NCBI GenBank assembly: GCA_030141605.1
Contig: JAQGDQ010000243.1
Coordinates: forward strand, 186,001 to 250,000
Origin: Tubiluchus corallicola
Taxonomy: Eukaryota > Animalia > Priapulida
Direction: 5' to 3'
DNA: 64,000 nucleotides
Position numbers and translations under genes: made by a program. Within the stretch, counting starts at the first letter, position 1; each line of letters starts with the position of its first letter. The notes beneath the pieces are model-generated. The model was not told where the DNA came from, made no database searches, and saw only the letters and a program-made list of their open reading frames with translations. This document shows positions 48,746-62,000 of the stretch, piece by piece.

Positions 48746-51700
48746 TTCCAAAAAAAGAAAGAAAAGAAAAATAATGTACACGCACATATATTGATTTCAT
48801 ATGCGTATACGCTCAAATTGTGAAATGGATAGTAGTTACTAAAAAAATTAAACATGTTTGACATTACACTGACTAACAATTGACGCAACTGTAACTTAAT
48901 TCACATTTAATTTGCAAAGTTGGCTTTTTCTTGCCATCGTGGTGCACCTTCTGGAGAAAAAAGGCTACAGAAAGAAGCCATTTCGGATACAGGCACAAAA
49001 GTGGGCGGGGGCCTGTGTAGCAAGTTAACCCCGTCGCGTTCCGGTAAGACGTCACACAAATCATACGCAGAAACAATCTTTGATTTTGACGGAAAGTATG
49101 AGAGTGACTCGAAGAAAAGATTTATAAGAAGTTAAAGTTCCTTACCGCAGGGTTATCAAAAGGTAACAACTAAGTTAGTCAGAAGGTCAACGCAGTCTCT
49201 GAAGTTTAAATATATTTTTTGTAATCGAGTCCTGTTGTAAGACTAATATATTAACGAATGTGTCCGGAGTCATTCTAGTATTAATGTAGAATTTCTCCCG
49301 ATTGGCCGCGCAACGTAGCAAAACTGCACCACGTTGTCGTGACAGTCTTGTTTCATTAAATGGGTTCGCCCAATAACGACGGTAAGTAGTGGTGTCACAA
49401 TAATTATAAGCGCTAAGAAATGGGCCTTACACGGAAATCACTACATATGAAGTCGTTTAACGTAATGCCACATAGCGGAAGAAGCTGATTACCGTAGTTC
49501 AGGCGACGAAAATGCAGTACATTAGTATTAATGAGCACTAACAGGCTCATTAGAAAACTAGGCCACAGTATCGACAGGTACGTAAACTGGTATTATTCAC
49601 CATAAATAATCAATCACTCCAGGTTTAACAAAATTGATTTTATGATCGATATTTAAAAGAATATTTAAATTTCGGTTGCATCAATATTCAAAGAAAACAT
49701 TTGAGTAACTTATGCAATGATCACAATGCGGCGTGTAAATTTCACAGGAAATTATTGATCCTAAGAATTAATGCTCACATTGCTGGATAATCCACTCAGT
49801 AAATGAATGAATGAATGAATTAACAAACACATGAGCGAAAAATACTCGCGAAATGGACGCTGTGTTTCAACTTGTCTGGTTTTTGAACTTTAGCATACAT
49901 ATTTTGGGCCAATTCACTAACTGATTCGATAAATTACTCACTAAATGAAAAATGATCGAAGATCACCTTGCTGATAATTTGATTTAAATATCATCATCAT
50001 CATACGCCCGTCACGTCTATTGTAGACATTGGGCAGGCAGAATTCTAAAATAAAAGAAATCTGCCTTCAGACACGTAAACGCAGCAGTAATCCAGCAAAA
50101 AAACTAGACGCTGCTACGCCAGTGGCTTGTCAGCAACACTTCCGTTACTAAATTTCATTTCAACTCGGTCGAATTTAATAAACAAAAGCTGTTGCTGCAC
50201 CTGCTAGTTCATATTTTCATTCTATTTCGCCATGTTTTCATTAAACATAATTGAATTAACTTTACTAACAAAAATAAACCGACTGAAGTTTATTTAATCC
50301 AAGAAGGATGGTGATGAGTAAAAGAGCGAGAGAGAAAAGCAAAGGAGGAAAGAGAAGACCTAGAGAAGAAAGAAAAAGAGAGAGAGAAAGAAATGGATGA
50401 ATAGATGATTTGAATATCACATACTTAACTAAATAAGAGTACGTCAGAATTAAACACTACTTAGATGCCCCAACAAAACCCTCAAAGTACCAAAAAATGT
50501 GCCCACCAGCAGCCTCCCTCCAATGACGACATGCCAGAAAATCAACTAACAAAACCTAATCTCCATTATGACTGTAAATGCCAAGTCTGCGTAACGCCAT
50601 TAGGCTGGTACCATTTGCAGTTTTGACCCTAACCATTCTGACTGTAGCCACTCTTAATTAAAAGACGTTTCTGTCGTGACTCTCTCTCCTCCTACACCCG
50701 TCACGTCTATTGTAGACATTGGGCAGGCAAAATTCTAAAACAAAAGAAATCTGCGTGACTCACGCAATTCGGCAAGTTTGTACCACTTCGAATGGGATTC
50801 CAGTGACTACAAAAAAATGTTCTGAAAGAGGAACTAATTGGATTCCAACGGAACATGCTAAGATGGAAAACCAAGCGCGAGAAGCTCTCTGCTACAATTT
50901 AAAACAGCTAAGATGCGATTTTTGTGCTCAGTTTCAGCATCGTTTCGTTAACTTCAGTCGACAGTAAACAAATAAATAAGATGAATGTCATCACAATGAA
51001 AACGCAAGCTAGCAACGAGTGTTTTGCACTTTTAGTGATTAATATTTACTAAAGGAAACACTAGAAGACTAAATGGGATAGATTTTTTCCCAATGACAGG
51101 CCTGCTATAGATATATGGTTGTAAAAAGAATCAACGTGCTTCATTCCAAGTTTTGTCATATAGAAACTGCGAATTAATTCATTTAGAAACACTCGTGGCT
51201 TGTGGCGAATAACTGCTTGGCAGGATAGTGCTATAAGCACCCATGCAGCGGGGCCAATAGCAGCTAACAAAGGGGGTAAACAGTGGCTTTACGCCCACAA
51301 GGCTCAGTTTTAATCTTTTCTTCTAAGCGTGGTTATATATTAAACTAAATACACAGTTGATTGTAGGCAAGAGCGAACTGAAATGCAGAAAATGTGTAAT
51401 ATCACCAAAAGTGAAGGGATTCAAGCCAACATTATTAATTTAAGTGATACTAGTACGACTACTTGTACGGCAGCGCACGATTGACGTTTTTGGGCACCCG
51501 TGAAATCGGCGCCAACAACATTAGTAACCACCACAGTTTCTTACTTAAGGGCTGCCCTTAGCTGTATGAATAACGGTTAACAGTATTTAATGCCAATCAA
51601 TCTTTCACGCTACTTAGCACAATTTAGCAAGGTAGAAACATTCAACCAACCATGCGAAACGCCCGACAGAGAAAACACAACCTTGGAAGCAAAAATCCCA

Positions 51701-52846
51701 AACACTTTATGTAGGCCCTAAATACAAAACGCTATAAAGCACTGTTAAGACCACTAGCAATAAAACCAGCTTACAAATCAGTCATTTTTGCCTGTTTGTC
51801 TGTTATACATATACCCAACGGTTTTACAATATTTTCTGCGCGGTACTAACCTACTTTTCTCAAAGTTTCATTCGTTAACACGAGCAGAGATGTAGTATCG
51901 GTTTCAAGTAGGACTGAATACTGACAGTAAATTTTTCTAGAGCCGACAACTGTTGATGGCCATAAAAGCAATGTAGCTGCCTAGCTGTAGCACTGTAACA
52001 GTGTTATTTTGAATTTTTCCAATTCCTCAACTATTTCCATATCTCACTTGAATATAACGACGTGGTAAGCAAAAACATCTTGTTTTTACAAATAATTTCC
52101 TTAAGTGTGTGTGTGTGTGTCTGTGTGTGTGTGGGGGGGGGGGCGTGTGTGGGTGTGTGCGAGTCCGTGTGTGTGATATACGATATAAACTGTATGGCTA
52201 TGCTTACGCGCCACATTGTCTCATGAACCCACGTGATTTCGAATTACCAAATACCTTTTCTCTGCGACCATACTCAACTGACAAGCAAACGTTGCCGAAA
52301 ACTTTGCCTTATTTATCTAGTACCAAAAGTTATGTAAATAATAAAATAAGATCTGGATGTTATAGGCCTGGTCACACGACGTAAAATTAAATATAATGGG
52401 CCGAAGTCTGTGTACGGAACCGAATTTCCGCACTTATTTGCTATCATATAATCCTAACATAGTTAAGTGCACATGTACTTACACAGTAATGATAATACTA
52501 CTAACACACACCCAAAATTTTAAGCACAGCACTGATATTTGAATTTTTACGTAAGTTTGACAGCTGCCCACTGTAATTACAAGGTAGACAAGCATTTGGC
52601 AAGTTGCCAAATAGAGTAGGGATGTTTATGTACGTAGGTCATACCCTTGCAGCAACGTGAAGGTGTGACACTGTCAGTTAATGCTTTCAACCTCACATCA
52701 GAAACAGAGAACTATTAGTGTTGCAAAGACCGACGCACTCAAATAATATTGCAATTGCGTATAATGTTAAAAATAATGCGCAAAGTCTGACTGCGCAAGC
52801 AGAATCAGATGAAACTTCTATATCAAGTCAATATGCATGTAAAGAT

Positions 52847-52878
<32 letters not shown>

Positions 52879-53849
52879 TGTATATATTCTTTATTTGTCT
52901 TTAAAATGGTTCACTCATTATAATAAAATTGAGTAAGCCTCAGCGTAATGTTAAAATAACAACACTGTTCAAGACAAATGCGTCCAGTACTGACTAAAAA
53001 AAACTAAAGTGCAAAACTAAGGCCTAATTATATACAATAAATGAACATATTTACAAACACCATATTAAAATATTTTACAAAACAATATTACAAAAGTACA
53101 TTAAATTTTACATGACATACTTTACACTATATATACATTTGACATGACACAATTAACAGAAACATGCTTTACATTACATAAATTTTATGACAATCTTTTT
53201 TTCTTGTCATTATGTACAAAACTTGCCCAGTTTTACCTAATCACGCTTCTTGCATATCTTTGTTTTAATATGTGCCAAAGTTATCTACCAGACATTACAC
53301 AAAAAAACTGTAAACGCAGCTTAGTTTGCACGATCGAGCCTGACAATTCTACCTATTCTACAAGTCTACTTTAATCAAATCTGCCATCGGATGTCTATTA
53401 TAATCAGTGCTCAACATGCCATGGCAATATCTATAAATGATACAACGTTGAATAGCACTGACTCAATAAAATCGAGTTAAAAGCGTTCATAAATCGCAAG
53501 TCACCTTGAGGAGTTTCAATTGCAAACCTTATATTTAATATCGCTTTGAAAGTGGATTGTGTTGCTTCAACATCAATCCAAACCACATGCAGAAATGCGT
53601 GCATAATAACAGGGAATAGTAAGCCTACACTACATTCAGTGTGAATGGTTCAGTTAAAAAGGTTGCAATGAGCCTTTTCTCGAGCAAGCATCAAGAGACG
53701 TTTCACATATAATTCGCTACTGAGAAATCTGTACATGTTCTATTTATAAATTATCTGCATTACTTGTAGACTATCCCATGTGAATCATACGTTTTCCACA
53801 TTGGAAATCTACTGGTGGCTGATACGGTAAAAGTGCACAGTCTGGGAAT

Positions 53850-54482
<633 letters not shown>

Positions 54483-56985
54483 CAAAAAAGGGCAACTCAA
54501 TAGGAAAATGGCAAAAAGACAATACATGAAAAAAATACATGAAGATAAAGTTAGACACTGCATTTGACATAAAATGTAGAATCCAACTTAAAAACAAATC
54601 GCGGGAAGTAAACTCTAGATCCGAAGTCACAATACTAAATTATTTTCAGCCTGGGCAATGCTGGGCGTTCAGTTAGATGCAATATAATTACTGGCAAACA
54701 TTGGCGCATGAAACCCTACAATAGTGGCTGCACTCTCTACGTTGATTATATCTGGTAAATCAACACCCTATATTCAGCCGTACCTTAGTAACACTAGATT
54801 ATTTCTATAATGACAGAAGGTCGCTTTCAGGATTCAGCACAATGAAACAGTATCACACTTTGAGTACTTCATTGTATCTAGTAACGAGCATTCATGATTA
54901 CAAACAAGTACGCCGTAGGCGGGCAGGGAAAAAACTGAAAAGGGCGTTTTCGGAACGATTTCAGTCATTGCTTAGATTGAAATGAAAGTAAATAATCTGA
55001 ACAAGTAGAACTGAACTAATGTGGCCTAGCTTTACCATACTCTTGGGCTTGGCTTGGCATTTTGAAATTGCTTGCAAATTTCACACAGGCGCTAGTTTAA
55101 ACCGCTTTTAGTTGACAATTAATCCTTGATATAACGAGCTTGCTAAAGGAGTTAAAGGGAAATGCAGTTTTTTTCAGGATTTTAAATTTCTTTGCCTGAA
55201 AACGAACAAAATTAATACAATGTAAATATAAAGTAAAAACATTAATGCATCTGCACGGCCGCTGGGCAGAGAACTTTTAAAAACGTTCCATACACTTTAT
55301 AAGTGCAAGCGATATAAAACGCACTGCAAATTTCTATGAAATGAAATTAATATCTTATCTTACTTGCAACTATTAACCCAAGAAAAAAAGTAAATCTACG
55401 CACAACTAAAAAATTATAAAACACCACATTAAAAGTAAAAATTTCCAATCTATAGACATATTCTAGGCGTTTTTAAAGTGGTTATTGTTTTATTTCGCTT
55501 TTTGTACAAGGCAAGTAATCAAAACAGAAATTTTATGATATTTGTTAGCGGAACTACTGTGCTTCTAAAGTGGGTACAGATATGTGATATACGGGAAGAG
55601 TGTGATACACATTTTTGCCGCTTAGGAGGTGCACACACCCGCTGAAAACTTCATTGGCTTCAATTCAAATACAAGTTGTGTAAATCATCAGTGTCTAGCA
55701 TTCATGCCAATGTTATCTATTTACAGGCTTCAATGTCAATGTAAAACTAGCACATTGCCCTGGTGCGTTGTACAAGTCGCGTTCTCATGGAAAATTCTGG
55801 AACAAATGTTCGATTTCTATCAGTATTACGTTCAAATGTATATCTACATACTTTGGCAGCACGAAAGCGCACATCAGACACTAGGTACTATAAATCTACT
55901 TATAGCGCTAAGAGCACTCTTCTAATGCATTTTAATCAATACACGAGCGCCTGCCTGTCTGACTGCTGCATCGTTGTTCATGTCTTTCGTTTACATAAAA
56001 ACTGAAGTTTTCACATCGAATTTAGTGACTGTGACCAGCCTACCGTTCCGATATGTGCAGCGGAAAAGATCCATTTCACCGGGCCAAATGTCATCATAAA
56101 ATTAAAATGTCAAGCAAATAATGTGACAACGTCACTATAGTTACTTCTTCCGCTACATAAATCATCCATTAACGAAAGGACAACGCCATTCTGCTTGAAA
56201 TAATGTTAGTGTACGTCTACAAATATAATATCCTCACCATCCTCGTTAAAAGTGTCAATATCTCCATCCCTAATATGCTGTATTAATTGACGGGCAGCAT
56301 TGCCTGTCGAGCTGCTTGGTAATGAATCGATCCAATAATAATTTTCAACGAGGGAATCCATTCAAATTTAATTTATGTAACACTTTCATAATTTTAGGTT
56401 ATGTAGCACTTTCATAATTTTAGGTAGTCTTGCCAAAGCGTGCTGTAGGATACCACGCCCGAGATCGAGTCTCAGTGTCAATAATCAGTCTCCCCGACTC
56501 TCCTTTCTCCTATTTCACAACCACGGTATCGTCTTTTAGCCAGCATGCGTACAAACAAAATTTTCTGTCGCATGTAGATTGAGCTAGTCCTAAAACGCAT
56601 GTTGATTCCAACTTTTCTGAAACGATCTTTTTAAAAACGACTTGATAAAAAGTCTCAGGAAACCGTTTGTCGATTAATACGTGCACGTAATCTGTACAGT
56701 TGCACAAACTGCCTTGCAAGCAAACTTATGGACATCATGAAGCAGCTACAATCATCTTAATAAAGCGGTACAACCAAAGCTTTTTCATTTTTGCATTCGA
56801 TACATGATTATCAAACTGACTAGACCTGGTTTAGAAACACCAAGGTGGAACTGAATGTCGGTTTAATGCAGATACCTAAACTGTGATACTGAATCGCTTT
56901 AAGATGTGACTGAGAAGCAATGGTTATTGGGCTATGTTAGCTACGCGTCTCTGACTTGAGTCAAGTCCAGCTAATTAGTGTTTTC

Positions 56986-57268
56986 CAGGGCCTATTTCAA
57001 CCTAAGCGAGGCCCGAGGAAATGGGGCGTGTGAAAATTTTTTGAAATGCTAGAACGCCGGAGAAGAGAAAATATGGAGTTATACAGTTGTTAAAGGAAAG
57101 AACAATTGAAAGAAAAACTGCTTTATTCTCAAGACCAGTCCTTAATACTTGTCAATACTGGCAAACGGCGCGCGTGCGGCAAGAAAGAGAGAGGGAGAGA
57201 GGAGGCAGTATGTTCGCATAAAGCAAAAAAATGTTACCTTAGCGCGAGGCCCCCTTGGAGGGTGAGGG
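56986..57268 (-). mobile_element. hAT-type MITE copy B (inverted relative to 46478-46882, one end lost)
   Basis: Reverse complement of 46520-46882 with internal deletions. Confidence 0.82.
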
Positions 57269-57454
57269 TAAAACAGGTCAAGAAAGTCATATGACTATAC
57301 CTAAAGTTGGCTTCTAATAGCTGATTGGTTGCAATGTATAACTAATTTAAAAAGGTTGAACTAAAAAGATTTCAGAAACGTTAGCTAGGTGCCGCTAGCA
57401 CCAACATTATATGAAAAAGTAATGAATTAAAACGTCCGAAAAAAGATGCAACTC

Positions 57455-58100
57455 CACTGGTACTTGAACCAAAGATCCGCTTTCTGGGCATTTATGCTAA
57501 CTATTGCATTACAGAGGCACTCAGATTCTCAGACTCAAAAATTTACTAGTCTGTCACTGTAGAATTATAGTGCTGCTTTAGTGCACTGTATCGAGACATA
57601 GTCCAAGATCGATCCAATAAACACACAAAGCAATACCAAATTAGAAAGTCTGAAAAACTGTGTACCCTTACTGGGACTCGAACCTAAGACCCGCTGCTTC
57701 CTATGTAGCTATGCTAACCATTACACCACAATGGAACTCAACTTTTCAGACTCAAATATTTACTCTGTGAGCCACTAGATTCGATTTGATTTGATTTTTA
57801 AAAGTCTTTATTGCAAACTCTGGGTTCATACATGCAAAAATTCATTCAGGACAAAGGTTACATACAACAGTTATAAATATTTACAATTATGACTTAGTTA
57901 GTGACACACAAAGTAAATGAATGAATAATCTATAAAAAATAGAGGTCTATGAAAAGCGAATCATTGTCCACACTGTGTCAAGATACAAAAAGTTTGTGTT
58001 CAGTCTGAGTCTGAAAAGTTATGCACTTTAATGGGACTGAAAGGTCTCAAAACCAAGACCTCCTGCTTTCAGGGCAGCTATGCTCACTGTTAGCTACCAA
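57455..58100 (-). mobile_element. Cluster of three tRNA-derived (tRNA-Gly-like) SINE heads / pseudo-tRNAs; best copy at 57663-57737
   Basis: Minus strand TGGTGTAATGGTTAGCATAGCT...AAGCAG...GGTTCGAGTCCC (A and B boxes); the acceptor stem is imperfect. Confidence 0.55.
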
Positions 58101-59049
58101 GTTGACTACACAACTTTACTAGTAAAAAAACGAATGAAATTATACATCCTTGTCATTTGTCAATTTCCATTTTGAGGTTTTGTTAAGAAATTAGCTACAA
58201 TAACGTGAAAGCCACACTCCAAGACAGCTCCATTTCTCTCGCGTGCCCAACCTTGCGCGCAGTAGACTGAGCTGGGTGGGGGCGGCCAAAACGTATACGT
58301 CCCTGTCGTCCCCGTTTCCCGATAGACAACCAGACGAGTACATGTTTGTTTTCTCGAAATTATCAGAGCTGTGACGATAAAACACATTAGTTCACAGTCT
58401 GATATTCAGGTAAATGCAGTTACTGCACTATGAAGTCAAGTCTCAATATTTGTTTACAGTCGTAATTACGAAAACTTTGCTGCGAATTTAATTTTTACAG
58501 GCTAGTTAATGCAGATTTATACGTACGCTTTTGAAACTCCATAATTTCTTTAATGAAGTCTATCCGAAACAAGTAAGTACATCAAAGTGACCAAACACAT
58601 GCAATAAGCACCAAAATAACAAAACTTCAAGGCGAACCGTTTTTATTTGCTGGTTTGTGGACCTTGTAGATATTGCAGAACAATTCGTCGCACAAACACT
58701 TCCTAACCACCCATACTTGGCAGGTATGTTCTAGACTATTCCATTCACTGTTTGCTGGTGTGGTACAGTACTAACTACATGGCGTTTATTGAGTATTTAT
58801 GACTGGAGGATCACGTGGTGTTGACACGCCTTGACGACACGAACGCTGATGTGTTTTCCTGTACTTCTTGTTCAAACGTCAAAATCTTGTGAAGTTTTAG
58901 TGTGTTTGTTGTTTGTCACTAATTGCCTAATTTTGAGTCATTTACGGCAAACTTATTATCGTTATCGTCTGTAGTTAACTTTTCTTGGGTGCTTAACTGA
59001 AGTGTGTTTTTAGCGGCAATTTAGCACTGACGTGCCGCGGTGTAAAGTC

Positions 59050-62000
59050 ATGGCGCTTGAAACAGGTGGGATTATGAAACTTGATTTAATTAAAAAGTTT
59101 CATTACTAGTTTGTAAGCGTTGCTCATTTGTTCAATGAAGTCTCGAGTCTCATATGTGCAACTGGTAATACATAAATCAATAAACATTTCAGTAAGCAAG
59201 ATGCTTTATTTATTCTTATTAAGCTTTTTTTAAATAATCACTTTTTATCAGTGATTGTTGTAGGCTTGTACAAGTCGTACTTGTAGCACAAATAACACTT
59301 TAGTTGGTGAGAGCATATCACAAGTTGATCTCAGCATTAGCGAAACTGTAGCAATACTAGTTAGTGTTGGCTTAAGGCAACAAAGGTTCAATTCAAACTG
59401 TATTAATAATTATTATCAATGAATCGTCAGTACATGTACTACTAGACTAATGAAAAAATTAACTGTGTATTTAAATCAGCAAGGGGTTTGAATATTCTCA
59501 GCATCCTGTCACTCGTGTGACTTTCTACCTAAGTAGCTAGATTAGGTTACAAAGTTGTAACAAGCTGATTATTATTTGCGTTATTTTTGGCATAATGGCT
59601 ATCTTGTAGAAATATATAAACTATTAGCTGGTCCTGCGCTGCTATCTGCTGGCTACTGTCACAAGCTTATGCTACAGTTAATGCTTTGTGATCGTTGAAG
59701 CATGGAATAACATGCGTTGGTTTTGACATTACTGTCACTGAGAGGGTTGATAATATAAAGAAAATCTGAGGTGTTTTTGAAAGCCAAAATCACACTGGTG
59801 AGTTCCCACTATTCTATATTATTTGTTAATGCTAAAATTCCATGGTTGATCCCTGGTCTCCATGTACTGACCCCCGTAGTACCATCAACCTTAATGCTCA
59901 CAGCATGAAGATTTAGGATTAACAAACCTATAGTCACTTTAAAGATTATGTTCATCTATTATTTACTTATATCAAGTAAAGTTTTGCCCAAGACCATAGA
60001 CCTATTATGTTCATATATTATTTACATATATCAAGTAAAGTTTTGCCCAAGACCACAGCTATTATGTTCATATATTATTTACATATATCAAGTAAAGTTT
60101 TGCCCAAGACCACAGCTATTATGTTCATATATTATTTACATATATCAAGTCAAGTTTTGCCCAAGACCATAGCTATTATGTTCATATATTATTTACATAT
60201 ATCAAGTAAAGTTTTGCCCAAGATCACAGCTATTGTGTTCATATATTATTTACATGTATCAAGTAAAGTTTTGCCCAAGACCATAGCTATTGTGTTCATA
60301 TATTATTTACATATATCAAGTAAAGTTTTGCCCAAGACCATAGCTATTATGTTCATATATTATTTACATATATCAAGTAAAGTTTTGCCCAAGACCATAG
60401 CTATTATGTTCGTATATTATTTACATATATCAAGTAAAGCTTTGCCCAAGACCATAGCTATTATGTTCATATATTATTTACATATATCAAGTAAAGTTTT
60501 GCCCAAGACCGTGGCTATCATGTTACAAGAGTTAAAAGTAGTAATAATCTGCTCGTCTTTTAAAGCACAGTATTTACCTGCTATTATTTTGTCATTTAGC
60601 TACAGTTTGTAATGATCCCGACGATCTTGACCGAATTCTACAGGAGTCTCAGCTGGAATACTTGGCAAAAGAAGTTCCGAAACTACTAGCTAAAGAATGT
60701 TTGAAAATAAACTGTAAAAAAGCCGGACTAAAATTTCGCAGTTTAACTCCTGAAGATGATGACAGCTTCTTTCATGCTGTTGCCGAGCAACTGGAACCTC
60801 GCCAAAGTGCGACTCAGCTCCGTATTCGCTTGGCTGATTTTTTACTTCAACGCCCAAAATTAAAGGTAAGTAGCATGAGAAGATTGCAGTATTCTCTTCA
60901 TCAGTTTTTCTGATTAAGTTTAATCATTAATGGTTGTTAATATTTCTTTCAGAAATTGAGAACTGAGGTAGTGTATGAAGTAGTGAGGTAAAACTGAGGA
61001 ACCAATAGTAGTGTATTACTTGATACACTACTATACTTTTAATAAATGGAAGAATGTCAATTTTACTGTGTTATTCTTTGCATGCATATATTAGTTTTAT
61101 AGGCTAACTTGCCACATTTCAAAGCACATCCAATTACATATTAGTTTGCTAGGTGGTATTTTTCTGTTAGTGCTTCACAATAGTTATTTTAACAAGAAAA
61201 GTGGATTTGGTGGCACACAGAATGAACACCACTTTTTGACGGTCTGATCAGTGCCATAATTGAGATAGGCAGAAATACTGTTTCATTTTCAAAATTCATT
61301 AAGCAGAAACCTGGAAAATAAAACCGTTTTTATAATGATCGCCTGGGCTGATTATTGATTCTTATGCTCTTCTCTTGCCACTATTTTCCAAACAGATTCA
61401 CTATTTCTGACAGCACTTGAATGTAAGTACTTTTTAAGAATAGGTAGTACTGTAACTTTATCTTAAGCACTGTACAGGTTATCTGATAAGATAAGATAAG
61501 ATAAGATAATATTTATTTTCATCGGTATGATATAAACAGTACTTATTTGTAGAAACATGCGCTTAAAGCTCGATATCAAACATAACGTATAAGAGCGATA
61601 ACATGGTAATAATATGTACTTCTTAAATCTTTTGGGTGCTACCAGAGGTATTGGTAAAAAGATTAGGTAGATAGGTTAGGCATATTACGTTACTGATTTC
61701 TTAAAATTTAATATTTTGTTTTTAGGGCCCTGAAGGTATGATAAATCTCAAGTCTTGCATAGCTGGCAGAAGTTGGGCCGAATACTGCACTGATCTAAGG
61801 AATTCAAATGAGTGGGCAGATTCGGTGGTTATTGTTGCCATGGCGCATCTACTGCAACGTGATATACTCATAGTTACAAGTTTGCCTCAATCAGCATCTT
61901 CACACGATTCCTCCATTGTTTGGATCGTAGGAAGTGACTCGGACGAGAATTCTTTCACTGAACCAGTGCTGCTGGGACACATATTTGCAAACCATTACCA

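Noticed and set aside
57663-57737. Functional tRNA gene
   Set aside because: The A and B boxes are present, but the acceptor and anticodon stems pair poorly and the neighbouring units are decayed copies; treated as SINE/pseudo-tRNA.
60007-60612. 201-aa ORF with 19-aa repeats (and the 141-aa ORF at 41445-41870)
   Set aside because: Stop-free frames of minisatellites whose unit length is a multiple of 3; there is no splice or homology support, and the real exon at 60600 uses another frame.
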